A stretch of 64,000 bases of DNA from Flavobacterium sp. (GCF_035299245.1 NZ_DATGWY010000019.1:42363-106362); one strand, 5' to 3'. Numbered from the stretch's first letter, positions 9,761 to 20,776 are shown. The notes: a model not told the origin generated them from the letters alone. Made by a program: numbers and translations.

Positions 9761-9847
9761 TCCCGCTTTCCACTGCAATCTTTTTATTTTTGATTGCTCG
9801 TGCCTCGCACCAAAAATAAAAAGGATTTTCGTTGCAATCGGGGCTAG
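9761..9847 (+). repeat. Dispersed structured element, copy A (possible Flavo-1)
   Basis: TCCCGCTTTCC...GCAATCGGGGCTAG ends with an internal CTTTTTATTTTTG/CAAAAATAAAAAG stem. Confidence 0.8.
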
Positions 9848-10002
9848 GGCAAATACTTCAAAATTCAACATTCGTTAATCGAAATTCAAATTTTAGTTAC
9901 GAAAGTTGGAAATGAAAACAAGGAATAAAGAACAACGAACTCTGAATGATGAAGTTTAAAACATACAACTTATAACATACAACTCACAACAAACTAACTA
10001 CA

Positions 10003-12855
10003 ATGCCAAAAGACAACTCCATTAAATCGATTTTAATCATTGGTTCGGGTCCAATTGTAATCGGGCAAGCGTGCGAATTTGACTATGCGGGTTCGCAATC
10101 AGCTCGTTCCATTCGCGAAGAAGGAATTGAAGTCATTCTCATCAATTCCAATCCGGCTACCATCATGACCGATCCATCCATGGCCGATCATGTGTATTTA
10201 AAACCATTAACTACAAAATCCATCATTGAAATCCTCAAAGCACATCCGCAAATTGATGCTGTTTTGCCTACAATGGGCGGACAAACCGCTTTGAATTTGT
10301 GCCTCGAAGCCGATGAAAAAGGCATTTGGCAAGATTTCGGTGTGCGATTAATAGGAGTAGACATCAACGCCATCAACATTACCGAAGACCGCGAGCAATT
10401 CAAGCAATTGCTTCAAAAAATAGGCGTTCCAACAGCGCCAGCCAAAACGGCTACTTCTTTCTTAAAAGGAAAAGAAATTGCGCAAGAATTTGGTTTTCCA
10501 TTAGTTATCCGACCTTCGTTTACTTTGGGCGGAACCGGAGCAGCTTTTGTACACAGAAAAGAAGATTTCGACGAGTTGCTTACGCGCGGTTTAGAAGCTT
10601 CTCCTATACATGAAGTCTTAATTGATAAGGCTTTGTTGGGTTGGAAAGAATACGAATTGGAATTGTTGCGCGATCAAAACGACAACGTGGTCATCATTTG
10701 CTCCATCGAAAATATGGATCCAATGGGAATTCATACCGGTGATTCCATCACGGTTGCGCCAGCGATGACTTTATCGGATACCACGTTCCAAAAAATGCGA
10801 GACATGGCAATTTTGATGATGCGTTCCATCGGTAATTTTGCCGGAGGTTGTAACGTACAATTTGCCGTTTCACCCGATGAAAAAGAAGACATCGTAGCCA
10901 TCGAAATCAATCCACGTGTGTCTCGTTCATCAGCTTTAGCATCCAAAGCAACGGGTTATCCTATTGCAAAAGTGGCTTCTAAATTAGCCTTAGGTTATAC
11001 TTTAGACGAACTCAACAATCAAATTACCAAATCGACTTCGGCTTTATTCGAACCAACTTTGGATTACGTTATCGTTAAAATCCCACGTTGGAACTTCGAC
11101 AAATTTGAAGGCGCTGACAGAACCTTAGGACTTCAAATGAAATCAGTGGGTGAAGTAATGGGAATTGGTCGTTCGTTTCAAGAAGCATTGCACAAAGCAA
11201 CCCAATCATTAGAAATCAAACGCAATGGTTTGGGCGCCGACGGAAAAGGATATAAAAATTACGAGCAAATCATAGAAAAACTCACCTTCGCAAGTTGGGA
11301 TAGAGTGTTTGTGATTTACGATGCCATTCAAATGGGAATTCCGCTGAGTCGCATCCACGAAATCACTAAAATTGACATGTGGTTCCTCAAACAATACGAA
11401 GAACTGTATTTCATTGAAAAAGAAATTTCACAATATAAAATTGATACACTTCCCAAAGAATTACTACTTGAAGCCAAACAAAAAGGCTACGGTGACCGTC
11501 AAATAGCGCACATGTTGGGCTGTTTGGAAAGTCAGGTGTACAAACTGCGCGACGAAATGAATATCAAACGCGTGTACAAATTAGTAGATACGTGTGCGGC
11601 CGAATTCAAAGCGCAAACGCCTTATTACTACTCGACTTTTGAAGCCGAAATCCAAACTGCCGATGGCAAACGATTTGTAGATAATGAAAGCAAAGTTACC
11701 GACAAGAAGAAAGTAGTCGTTTTAGGTTCGGGTCCGAATCGTATTGGGCAAGGAATTGAATTCGATTACTCTTGTGTTCACGGTGTTTTAGCAGCCAAAG
11801 AATGCGGTTACGAAACCATCATGATCAACTGTAATCCTGAAACGGTTTCGACCGATTTTGATACGGCTGATAAATTGTATTTCGAACCTGTTTTTTGGGA
11901 ACATATTTACGACATCATTCGCCATGAGAATCCGGAAGGAGTTATTGTTCAATTGGGCGGACAAACCGCATTGAAATTGGCAGAAAAATTATCGAAATAC
12001 GGAATCAAAATCCTCGGAACTTCGTTTGATGCCCTAGATTTAGCTGAAGATCGCGGACGATTTTCGGAATTGTTAACCGAACTTAAAATTCCATTTCCAC
12101 AGTTTGGTGTAGCCGAAAATGCTGACCAGGCGTCGGCTTTAGCCGACGTGCTAGATTTCCCATTGTTAGTTCGACCTTCTTATGTGTTGGGTGGACAAGG
12201 AATGAAAATCGTCATCAACAAGCAAGAGTTGGAAGAACACGTAATCGATTTATTAAAAAATATTCCCGGAAATAAATTACTACTCGATCATTATTTAGAT
12301 GGTGCAATTGAAGCCGAAGCCGACGCCATTTGCGATGGTGAAAACGTATACATCATCGGAATTATGGAACACATCGAACCGTGTGGAGTGCACTCAGGCG
12401 ATTCGAATGCGACATTACCACCTTTCAACTTAGGTGAATTCGTAATGCAACAAATCAAAGATCATACTAAGAAAATTGCTTTGGCATTGCGAACAGTTGG
12501 TTTAATCAACATTCAATTTGCTATTAAAGACGATATTGTGTACATCATTGAAGCCAATCCGAGAGCATCAAGAACAGTCCCTTTTATTGCTAAAGCGTAC
12601 GGTGAACCCTATGTCAATTATGCTACTAAAGTAATGTTAGGAGTGAATAAAGTAACTGATTTTACTTTCAATCCGAAGTTAAATGGATATGCAATCAAGC
12701 AACCGGTTTTCTCTTTTAGTAAATTCCCGAATGTGAATAAAGCACTCGGACCTGAAATGAAATCGACCGGTGAAAGCATACTGTTTATAGACGATTTAAA
12801 AGACGATGCATTCTACGAATTGTACAGCAGACGAAAAATGTATTTAAGTAAATAA
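10003..12855 (+). CDS. carB: Carbamoyl-phosphate synthase large subunit (950 aa, no C-terminal MGS-like domain)
   Basis: IIGSGPIVIGQACEFDY, two ATP-grasp units (EINPRVSRSS; EANPRASRT), LGSGPNRIGQGIEFDY. Confidence 0.96.
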   Translation: MPKDNSIKSILIIGSGPIVIGQACEFDYAGSQSARSIREEGIEVILINSNPATIMTDPSMADHVYLKPLTTKSIIEILKAHPQIDAVLPTMGGQTALNLCLEADEKGIWQDFGVRLIGVDINAINITEDREQFKQLLQKIGVPTAPAKTATSFLKGKEIAQEFGFPLVIRPSFTLGGTGAAFVHRKEDFDELLTRGLEASPIHEVLIDKALLGWKEYELELLRDQNDNVVIICSIENMDPMGIHTGDSITVAPAMTLSDTTFQKMRDMAILMMRSIGNFAGGCNVQFAVSPDEKEDIVAIEINPRVSRSSALASKATGYPIAKVASKLALGYTLDELNNQITKSTSALFEPTLDYVIVKIPRWNFDKFEGADRTLGLQMKSVGEVMGIGRSFQEALHKATQSLEIKRNGLGADGKGYKNYEQIIEKLTFASWDRVFVIYDAIQMGIPLSRIHEITKIDMWFLKQYEELYFIEKEISQYKIDTLPKELLLEAKQKGYGDRQIAHMLGCLESQVYKLRDEMNIKRVYKLVDTCAAEFKAQTPYYYSTFEAEIQTADGKRFVDNESKVTDKKKVVVLGSGPNRIGQGIEFDYSCVHGVLAAKECGYETIMINCNPETVSTDFDTADKLYFEPVFWEHIYDIIRHENPEGVIVQLGGQTALKLAEKLSKYGIKILGTSFDALDLAEDRGRFSELLTELKIPFPQFGVAENADQASALADVLDFPLLVRPSYVLGGQGMKIVINKQELEEHVIDLLKNIPGNKLLLDHYLDGAIEAEADAICDGENVYIIGIMEHIEPCGVHSGDSNATLPPFNLGEFVMQQIKDHTKKIALALRTVGLINIQFAIKDDIVYIIEANPRASRTVPFIAKAYGEPYVNYATKVMLGVNKVTDFTFNPKLNGYAIKQPVFSFSKFPNVNKALGPEMKSTGESILFIDDLKDDAFYELYSRRKMYLSK

Positions 12856-12859
12856 TGTT

Positions 12860-12890
12860 AAAAAAACGACCATTTATAGGTCGTTTTTTT
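12860..12890. terminator. Bidirectional intrinsic terminator
   Basis: AAAAAAACGACC..GGTCGTTTTTTT. Confidence 0.8.
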
Positions 12891-13779
12891 ATGCTTTCAA
12901 TTTTTTTCTAAAGAAATCAATGGTTCTTTGCCAAGCCAGATCGGCAGCGGGTTTGTCGTATCGTGGTGTGGTTGTATTGTGAAATCCATGATTCACGCCG
13001 GGATAAAAATGAGCGGTGTATTCCACCTTATTTTCCTTTAAAATAGCTTCGTAAGCAGGCCAACCTTCATTTACTCGTTGGTCGAGTTCTGCAAATTGGA
13101 GCAGGAGTGGAGCTTTTACTTTTTGAGCATCTTCAGGTGAAGGTTGTCCTCCGTAGAATGGCACTGAAGCTGGTAAATCCGGAATTCGCACTGCCATCAT
13201 GTTGGCGATTAATCCACCAAAACAAAATCCGACTACACCGACTATTCCGTTGCAATTTTCGTGAGAAATCAAGTATTCATAAGCGGCAATAAAATCTTCG
13301 AGCATCTCTTCACGGTTGCGCTTTTTTTGCAATTCACGGCCATCGTCGTCATTACCAGGATAACCTCCTAATGGAGAAAGAGCATCTGGAGCAAGAGTGA
13401 TAAAACCTCCTAAAGCGGCTAGTCGGCCAACATCTTCAATGTAAGGGTTGAGTCCTCTGTTTTCGTGTACGACAATTATTCCGGGTAGTTTAAATTTTTG
13501 ATCTTTGGGTTTTGACAGCAATCCTTTAATAGTGCCACCACCTTTGGGAGAATCATAATTAATGTAAACCGAATCCAGTTTGGGGTCATTGGGTTGAATT
13601 AGTAAAGTGTCAGAATAATTGGGTGTTAAAAATCCGAGTAAGGCAGGAAGAGTTAAGGTTCCAACGGCAAATACCGACAAGCGTTCTACAAATTGACGTC
13701 GGTTCAAACGGTTGTGTGCGTAGTCGTCGTACAAATCAAATACTTCCTGACTGATGTCTTCTTTGCTTATCTTTTCCAT
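12889..13779 (-). CDS. Dienelactone hydrolase family protein (YghX-like)
   Basis: FDLYDDYAH..NRRQF (Tat-like), VVHENRGLNP, GFCFGG, HGFHN. Likely start MEKIS at 13779. Confidence 0.88.
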   Translation of the reverse strand: MEKISKEDISQEVFDLYDDYAHNRLNRRQFVERLSVFAVGTLTLPALLGFLTPNYSDTLLIQPNDPKLDSVYINYDSPKGGGTIKGLLSKPKDQKFKLPGIIVVHENRGLNPYIEDVGRLAALGGFITLAPDALSPLGGYPGNDDDGRELQKKRNREEMLEDFIAAYEYLISHENCNGIVGVVGFCFGGLIANMMAVRIPDLPASVPFYGGQPSPEDAQKVKAPLLLQFAELDQRVNEGWPAYEAILKENKVEYTAHFYPGVNHGFHNTTTPRYDKPAADLAWQRTIDFFRKKLKA

Positions 13780-13892
13780 AGTAATTTTTTTAAACACCTA
13801 ATGTAACGAATAAAATGAAATTGTACCGTTTTCTTTATCAGTATTTTAACAATGGTTTATCCGTTTATTGTACTTTCGTGAAATTTTTAAAT

Positions 13893-13925
13893 AAAAAAAG
13901 CCTCTGCAATTACAGAGGCTTTTTT
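13893..13925. terminator. Intrinsic terminator for the 13945-17952 gene
   Basis: AAAAAAAGCCTCTG..CAGAGGCTTTTTT. Confidence 0.8.
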
Positions 13926-13944
13926 AGTGTTATTTTACATTGGA

Positions 13945-16900
13945 TTATCTTCCGATTACTAATTTGTGATTTTCAGTAAAATCTTCAGAAACCAACTGTA
14001 TGATGTATACTCCAGTAGCAAGCATGTCCAAAGAAATTTGACTTTCTGAACCGTTGATTTGGAATTGAGTAACTTGTTTTCCAGAACCTATTTCAAAAAC
14101 ACTTCCGGTTACAGATGTTGCGTTTTCATTCAGACGGATATTTACAAATCCGCTATTGGCTGGATTCGGATAGATTGAAGACACATTTCCATTGAATGAT
14201 GTAACACTCAATAAATTAGTTTGTGATTCAAAAGCACCGATGTCTCTTCTTCCGTCGAACACACCATTCCCGATTTGGTCGTTAAAGGTGTCAGCCATAT
14301 CTCCAGCATTGTACGCAGGACTGCCCGCTAACAAGGCGTGAGTTAGAGTCATTCCGCCATTATTTGCTAAAGGACCAACCAACGGGTCAACAGGAGTTGC
14401 ATCAGTACCTACTAAATCACCAGTTCCGGCTGTAAATGTTGTAGCAGTGGCTTTTCCGATTAAATTGTAACCGTTTGAGGTTAACGCTCCTGTTGTAGAT
14501 GAAACGTCAGTATCTGTAGTTGCTGTATTGGTTGCTACAATTGTATTTTTCAATGAAGGAATCGATGCGCTTTCATTAGCAATTCCACCGCCATTTACAG
14601 ATGTATTGTTGGCAATTGTTGATGCATTACTACTGAACACTGCATTAGAATATACGCCTCCGCCTTTAGTTGCAGAGGTATTTCCTGATACAGTAGATGT
14701 TAGTAAAGTAGCCGATCCCGTTTTTACGTGAATTCCGCCACCGTGTCCGCCAATTCCGTCTGAAATGTTATTTGAAATTGTAGATGAGTTAATAAAAACA
14801 TCTCCACCATTTACAAAAACTCCACCACCACCAAACAAAGCTCCAGCACCGCTTGCAGTATTGTTGTCAATTGTAACATTTGTAACGGTCATGGTGCTTC
14901 CTGTTTGATTCCACAATCCACCGCCTTCACGTCGTGCATCATTTCCTGAAACCATTCCGCCTACAATCGTTGTAGTTGTTACACCAGTAATATGAAGAGC
15001 TCCACCATTACCCGGACTCGGAGTTCCCGCAGTTCCATCGACATCGTTGTTGGTTAAGTTGGAGTTGGTAATATTTAATGTTCCGTTTACTACTTCAATA
15101 GCACCACCAGCGCGATTCGCCGAATTTGAGTCCAACGTTGAATTGTTGATGTTGATGGTTCCCGCTAAACCGAATACTCCACCACCTGAACCTGCCGTTC
15201 CAGTTGCATTGTTATTGGTTACAGTAGCATTGTTTAGGGTTAGCATTCCAGCATTATTGAATAAACCAGCTCCACCATCGTCAGCTGCATTACCTAAAGC
15301 TGTGTTTCCACTTACAACGGTATTGGTAACAGTCATCATGCCTGAACCATTCCATAATCCGCCACCTTCTAAACCGGCAGAGTTACTATTAACAGTTCCG
15401 CCTAAAATTGTTGCATTTCCGGCACCTGTTATGTGAAATCCACCACCATTTCCCGGAGAAGCAGCCGTTGATCCTAAAGCAACAACACCGGTTACGTTAT
15501 TATTTAGAGTGATGTTTGTTAAATTAGTAGTTGAACCAGCAGCGGCTTCAATTCCGCCACCTGCTCTGTTAGAGATATTTTCAGTTATAGCTGTACCATC
15601 GGCATTGAATGTACCTGCAAAGTTGAATACACCTCCACCAGAAGCACCACCAGTAATTGCTTTATTAGAGTTGATTGAACTTCCCATTACCGAAACAGTT
15701 CCAGCACTGATATAGATTCCACCACCACCTTCAGTAGGAGCAATTGAGCCTAAAGCAATATTTGTATTTAGAGCCGAATTATTCTGAATCGTTATTGTTC
15801 CGTTATTGGTGAAAATTCCACCACCATTGAGGTTTGCAGTGTTGTTATTTAAATTTGTTGCGTTTAAGGTAACCGAAGCTCCGTTATTTAAAAGTCCACC
15901 ACCAATTCCCAATGTACCACTTGCCATGTTATTAGCTACAACAGCATTTGAAACCATTAATGTACCCACTTGATTGTATAATCCACCACCACCGCTAGTT
16001 GCAGCATTTCCTGGAACCATGTTTCCGTTGATGGTTGTACCGTCTATGGTTAGCATTCCGGCACCATTCCATAATCCACCTCCTTGATTTCCTGCTGAAT
16101 TTCCATTAGCAGTTCCGCCAGTTACTGAAGCATTGGCAGTTCCGGTTAAGTGCAATCCGCCACCATTTCCTGGATTAGCAGCAGTTGATCCTAAAGCGAT
16201 TACCCCAGTTACGTTGTTATTCAATGCTACTCCAGTTAAATTGGTAGTAGAACCACTCGCTGCTTCAATTCCGCCACCAGCTCGGTTTGCAATATTCTGA
16301 CTGATAGATGTTCCATTGGCAGAGAAAGCTCCTCCAAAATTGAATATTCCACCACCAGAACCACCACCTGAAATTGCTGTATTACTGTTGATAGCACCAC
16401 CGATTACATTTACAGTGCCCGCAGCAACATAGATTCCGCCACCACCATCAGTTGGAGCCGTTGCGCCCATAGCTGTATTGGAGTTGATGGTAGAATTGTT
16501 GTCTATAGTGATTGTTCCGTTATTGGTATAGATTGCACCACCATTTAAGTTGGAAGCATTACTGTTTATTAAAGTATTATTGATAGTAACCGATGCGCCA
16601 TTATTTAAAAGTCCGCCACCATTACCTAAAGTTCCAGTTGTATCATTATCGTTTACAGTAGCATTGGATACATTTAATATTCCCACTTGATTGTAAAGTC
16701 CACCACCGCCACTAGTTGCAGCATTTCCAGAAACCATATTATTATTAATAGCAGTTCCAATTACGTTCATCGTTCCAGAGCCATTCCATAAACCTCCACC
16801 TTGATTTCCGGCCATATTATTGGTAACTGAACCTCCGTTTATAGTAGCATTTCCAGAACCTGTGATGTGAAATCCACCACCGTTTCCTGGAGCAGCTACA

Positions 16901-17952
16901 GCAGGAGCAACTCCTGTATTGTTATTAGTTAAGTTTACGTTGTTTAATGTTGTATTAGAATTTGCTACGGTTTCGATTCCGCCACCCGCACGATTCGAAC
17001 GGTTACCAGAAATAGTTGTGTTGGTTATGTTTAAAGTAGTTCCAACGTCCGAAAGGATTCCGCCACCCGATCCAGCTGTTCCATCAGCAATATTATTTGA
17101 AATGGTAGCATTTAAAATAGTTAAAGTACCATTGTTTAAATTGTAAATTCCACCACCACCATTATCAGCAGCTGGACCAGAAGCAGTATTGGATGTAATT
17201 GTTGTTCCTGTGATGGTCATCATTCCAGAACCATTCCATAATCCGCCACCTTCTGCAGCAGCGATGTTGTTTGCAACCGTTCCGCCAGTAATTGTTGCCA
17301 TTCCTGCTCCTGTAATGTGTAATCCACCACCGTTTCCTGGAGCTGCAGTTGCTGGAGCGACTCCAGTATTGTTGGAAATTAGATCAACATTAGTTAGTGT
17401 TGTAGTTGTTCCGGCAATTGCTTCAATAGCACCACCGGCACGGTTTGAAATATTGCTCGAAAAAGTGGTAGAAGTTGCTGTCAAATTAGCATTTGCTCCC
17501 ACCAAAACCGCACCGCCACTGCCGCTTGCACCATTGGCTCTGTTGTTTGAAAGAACAGAGTTATTGATGAAAACGTTTGCTGAGGCAATTTGAATGGCAC
17601 CACCATTGTCGGCCAATCCATTGGTAAGTGTTAGTGCGTTAACAGTAAAATCACCTGTAGTAACATTGAAAATTCGGCCATTGGCATTACCGTTAATGGT
17701 AGTGTTTGCAGCACCGTTTCCGGTCAAGGTTAATGATTTGTTAATGCTGATTTCACCACCAGTCAAGATTACGCTAGTTACTGCTGGATCAAATGTAATA
17801 GTTCCGCCCACTGCAGCAGCAGTGATTTGGCTTCTTAAAGTTCCCGCAGATCCATCGTCTGCACCGCTCGTTACTATCTGTCCAAATGAATTAACTCCAG
17901 TTAAGAATAAAGTTAAAGCGAACAGAATAATCAAAGTAATTTTTTTTCTCAT
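13945..17952 (-). CDS. Large T9SS-secreted beta-helix repeat protein with choice-of-anchor-Q-like domain and type-A CTD
   Basis: Signal peptide; many GGAI/GGGL and S-N/N-N beta-helix coils; GPLANNGG..THALLAGSPA..DIGAFE; C-terminal IYPNP...GVYIIQL CTD. Confidence 0.85.
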   Translation of the reverse strand: MRKKITLIILFALTLFLTGVNSFGQIVTSGADDGSAGTLRSQITAAAVGGTITFDPAVTSVILTGGEISINKSLTLTGNGAANTTINGNANGRIFNVTTGDFTVNALTLTNGLADNGGAIQIASANVFINNSVLSNNRANGASGSGGAVLVGANANLTATSTTFSSNISNRAGGAIEAIAGTTTTLTNVDLISNNTGVAPATAAPGNGGGLHITGAGMATITGGTVANNIAAAEGGGLWNGSGMMTITGTTITSNTASGPAADNGGGGIYNLNNGTLTILNATISNNIADGTAGSGGGILSDVGTTLNITNTTISGNRSNRAGGGIETVANSNTTLNNVNLTNNNTGVAPAVAAPGNGGGFHITGSGNATINGGSVTNNMAGNQGGGLWNGSGTMNVIGTAINNNMVSGNAATSGGGGLYNQVGILNVSNATVNDNDTTGTLGNGGGLLNNGASVTINNTLINSNASNLNGGAIYTNNGTITIDNNSTINSNTAMGATAPTDGGGGIYVAAGTVNVIGGAINSNTAISGGGSGGGIFNFGGAFSANGTSISQNIANRAGGGIEAASGSTTNLTGVALNNNVTGVIALGSTAANPGNGGGLHLTGTANASVTGGTANGNSAGNQGGGLWNGAGMLTIDGTTINGNMVPGNAATSGGGGLYNQVGTLMVSNAVVANNMASGTLGIGGGLLNNGASVTLNATNLNNNTANLNGGGIFTNNGTITIQNNSALNTNIALGSIAPTEGGGGIYISAGTVSVMGSSINSNKAITGGASGGGVFNFAGTFNADGTAITENISNRAGGGIEAAAGSTTNLTNITLNNNVTGVVALGSTAASPGNGGGFHITGAGNATILGGTVNSNSAGLEGGGLWNGSGMMTVTNTVVSGNTALGNAADDGGAGLFNNAGMLTLNNATVTNNNATGTAGSGGGVFGLAGTININNSTLDSNSANRAGGAIEVVNGTLNITNSNLTNNDVDGTAGTPSPGNGGALHITGVTTTTIVGGMVSGNDARREGGGLWNQTGSTMTVTNVTIDNNTASGAGALFGGGGVFVNGGDVFINSSTISNNISDGIGGHGGGIHVKTGSATLLTSTVSGNTSATKGGGVYSNAVFSSNASTIANNTSVNGGGIANESASIPSLKNTIVATNTATTDTDVSSTTGALTSNGYNLIGKATATTFTAGTGDLVGTDATPVDPLVGPLANNGGMTLTHALLAGSPAYNAGDMADTFNDQIGNGVFDGRRDIGAFESQTNLLSVTSFNGNVSSIYPNPANSGFVNIRLNENATSVTGSVFEIGSGKQVTQFQINGSESQISLDMLATGVYIIQLVSEDFTENHKLVIGR

Positions 17953-18080
17953 TTTTTTTGTTTTTAGTTACCATCTATTGTATTTACGGAAAACTAAGCC
18001 ATGCGGTTTTAACGATCCTCTTTTTTTAACTGATAATCATTCTTTTTTAAAAAGTTATCTCTAATTTTGAAAAAAAAATA

Positions 18081-18512
18081 ATGAAGGTAAACCCTAAAAA
18101 CGGCATTGATCAATTGTTGTTCGGAATGAAGCAAAGCGATGTTATCGCGCTTTATGGTGAGCCCAATAATCAATTTGAAGACGACGATAGCAATATCATC
18201 TTTCTTTACAATGAAAAAAAACTGCGTCTGACTTTTTATGAAGATGAGAATTTTCGTTTGGGCTATCTGATCACCTCCAATCCAGATAGTGTTTTGTTAG
18301 ATCAAAAAGTGATTGGAAGAAAGGTAGAAGAAGTGAAAAATGAATTGCCTTTTAAAAGTTGGGAGACGGAATGGTTTGATTCGACTGAAAATCATTTTAA
18401 TGAGAGTAATTGGTTGATTCTTCAATCGGAATACGAAGAAATCATTCGCATAGAAATTGGCGCCATCATTAATGATAACGACGAGTTTGACTGGAAGTTC
18501 AAAGGAAAATAA
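18081..18512 (+). CDS. Hypothetical protein
   Basis: 143-aa acidic ORF with an ATG start, followed by a terminator. Confidence 0.75.
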   Translation: MKVNPKNGIDQLLFGMKQSDVIALYGEPNNQFEDDDSNIIFLYNEKKLRLTFYEDENFRLGYLITSNPDSVLLDQKVIGRKVEEVKNELPFKSWETEWFDSTENHFNESNWLILQSEYEEIIRIEIGAIINDNDEFDWKFKGK

Positions 18513-18517
18513 AGCAA

Positions 18518-18549
18518 TAAAAAACCCTCAATCATATGAGGGTTTTTTA
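18518..18549. terminator. Bidirectional intrinsic terminator
   Basis: AAAAAACCCTCA..TGAGGGTTTTTT. Confidence 0.8.
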
Positions 18550-18556
18550 TGTAGTA

Positions 18557-19648
18557 TTAATTGTTAATTTTGATTAACTCGACTTCAAAAATCAAATCGC
18601 TTTTCGCAGGAATTACTCCGCCCATTGCTCTTTCTCCGTAAGCTAAGTTGTAAGGAATAAAGAATTTATATTTTGAACCTTCCGTCATTAATTGTAAACC
18701 TTCTGTCCAACCCGGAATTACTTGATTTAAACCAAAATCAATTGGTTGACCTCTTTTGACACTACTGTCAAAAACAGTTCCATTGGTTAATGTTCCTGTA
18801 TAATGTACCTTTACATTGCTTGTTGCAGTTGGTTTTGCTCCAGTTCCTTCTTGAAGTACAATATACTTTAATCCGCTTGCAGTTGTTTTTCCATTTTCAA
18901 ATTCTTTCAAAGCAGCGGCATTGGCAATAGCTCTTTCCTTGGCTTCTTTCTCAGCTTGTGCTTTTTCCTCAACATCTTTATTAGCAAAATAATCTGCAAA
19001 TACTTTTGGAGCATCAAATTTCTTTGCAGCGGCACCCTTTCTTACAATAGTAATAGATTTGATTAAATCGTCTTGAGCAATGGCATTTACCACTTCAATT
19101 CCTGTTACCACAATTCCGAAAACAGTGTGTTTTCCATCTAGATGTGGAGTTGCTCTATGGGTGATGAAAAATTGTGAACCATTCGTTTTTGGTCCAGCAT
19201 TTGCCATTGATAAAATTCCAGAGTTGTGATGTTTTAAATCGGTAATTTCATCTTTAAACGCATACCCTGGTCCGCCCGAACCGTTTCCAGCAGGATCGCC
19301 GCCTTGAATCATAAAATCTTTAATCACACGGTGGAATTTCAATCCATCGTAGAATTTTTTTCCTTTTAAATTTTCGCTCACTTTTGGGTTTGTTCCTTCA
19401 GCTAATGATATGAAGTTAGCAACAGTCACGGGTGTTTTTTTGTATTCTAATTGAACTACAATTTTGCCTTTTGAAGTTTCAATTTCTGCAAAAATTCCTT
19501 CTTTATCATTCACAACAGGTAATGTAACTGGAGTTTTTGGTGCAACAGTGGTAGTGACTGCTTTTTTAGTGGTAGTAGTTTTCTTTGCACCCTGAGCAAA
19601 AGTAATTGTAGTGCTCAAAAAAAGAAGTGCTAATAATTTGATTTTCAT
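18557..19648 (-). CDS. Peptidyl-prolyl isomerase, cyclophilin + FKBP fusion
   Basis: [43 protein letters not shown]; FKBP VHYTGTL..FDSS, VIPGW. Confidence 0.92.
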   Translation of the reverse strand: MKIKLLALLFLSTTITFAQGAKKTTTTKKAVTTTVAPKTPVTLPVVNDKEGIFAEIETSKGKIVVQLEYKKTPVTVANFISLAEGTNPKVSENLKGKKFYDGLKFHRVIKDFMIQGGDPAGNGSGGPGYAFKDEITDLKHHNSGILSMANAGPKTNGSQFFITHRATPHLDGKHTVFGIVVTGIEVVNAIAQDDLIKSITIVRKGAAAKKFDAPKVFADYFANKDVEEKAQAEKEAKERAIANAAALKEFENGKTTASGLKYIVLQEGTGAKPTATSNVKVHYTGTLTNGTVFDSSVKRGQPIDFGLNQVIPGWTEGLQLMTEGSKYKFFIPYNLAYGERAMGGVIPAKSDLIFEVELIKINN

Positions 19649-19687
19649 AATGATTAATTTTATACTAGTTTAATGATTGTTTCTAAT

Positions 19688-20776
19688 TTATTTTGATTGC
19701 ATTTCCAACTCAAAAACGATAGTTGCATTGGGCGGAATCACATTTCCTGCGCCTTGAGCACCATAACCGAGTTGAGGCGGAATTACAAAAACTGCTTTTT
19801 CACCAATTTTCATTTGTTCTATCGCTTCTATAAAGCCAGGAATTAATCCTTCTTTTGTTCCAATTTGAAATGGAATTGGGCTGTAGCCGTTTTGTTGGTC
19901 TTTCATGGTGTTGTATTTTCCAAACTTTTCTTCTACAGATTTGATGCTACTATCAAAGAGTGTTCCATCTTCTAAAAATCCTGCATAATTAATGTTTACT
20001 GTTGTTCCTGCAGCAGGCTTATTACCTGATCCTGGTTGAATGACTTTATAAATCAAACCGCTTGGTAATTTTGTTCCGGTTGCTTTAGCATTGTTGATCA
20101 TTGCAACATAAGGTGCTTTTAATTTAGTTTCAGCTTCGACTTTTAGTTTGAATTGATCATCAAAAATTTTATTGGCATTAAAATTTTCTGCCTCTTTGCC
20201 GTTTCGAATGATTTTCACCGATTTAATAAAATCTCCTTGAACAATTTTTGTTACTACTTCCATTCCATTTTGTACTACTTTTCCAAAAACTGTATGTTTT
20301 CCGTCTAACCAAGGAGTAGGTACAATGGTAATAAAAAATTGACTACTGTTGGTTCCTGGACCTGAATTGGCCATCGATAAAATTCCAGGTGTATCGTGGT
20401 TTAAATCGGTTATTTCATCACTGAATTTGTAGCCCGCATCACCAGATCCTGTTCCCAGCGGATCACCTGTTTGCACCATAAAATCGTCCGAATCCCCATT
20501 TGTTTTAGAGATAACTCTATGAAATTTTAACCCATCATAAAAAGGTTTTCCTTTAAACTCTTCAGTTACTCGTGTGTTTTTGCCTTCTGCTAAAGAAACG
20601 AAGTTGGCCACAGTCATTGGAGTTTTTTTGTAATTTAATTCGACGATTATTGTTCCTTTATTGGTTTCAATTTCGGCGTATAAGCCATCGGGTAAATTGT
20701 TGTTTTTTTCTTCTTTTTTGCAAGAAAATAATAACGTAGTAATAAGAGCAACTACTAAAACGACTTTAGATTTCAT
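19688..20776 (-). CDS. Peptidyl-prolyl isomerase lipoprotein, cyclophilin + FKBP fusion
   Basis: Lipobox LFSC; [32 protein letters not shown]; [12 protein letters not shown]. Confidence 0.92.
   Translation of the reverse strand: MKSKVVLVVALITTLLFSCKKEEKNNNLPDGLYAEIETNKGTIIVELNYKKTPMTVANFVSLAEGKNTRVTEEFKGKPFYDGLKFHRVISKTNGDSDDFMVQTGDPLGTGSGDAGYKFSDEITDLNHDTPGILSMANSGPGTNSSQFFITIVPTPWLDGKHTVFGKVVQNGMEVVTKIVQGDFIKSVKIIRNGKEAENFNANKIFDDQFKLKVEAETKLKAPYVAMINNAKATGTKLPSGLIYKVIQPGSGNKPAAGTTVNINYAGFLEDGTLFDSSIKSVEEKFGKYNTMKDQQNGYSPIPFQIGTKEGLIPGFIEAIEQMKIGEKAVFVIPPQLGYGAQGAGNVIPPNATIVFELEMQSK

Noticed and set aside
14528-18064. Several plus-strand ORFs (67-156 aa) opposite the large beta-helix gene
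   Set aside because: Antisense shadows of a Gly/Asn/Thr-rich gene (poly-Pro translations); no independent coding signal.
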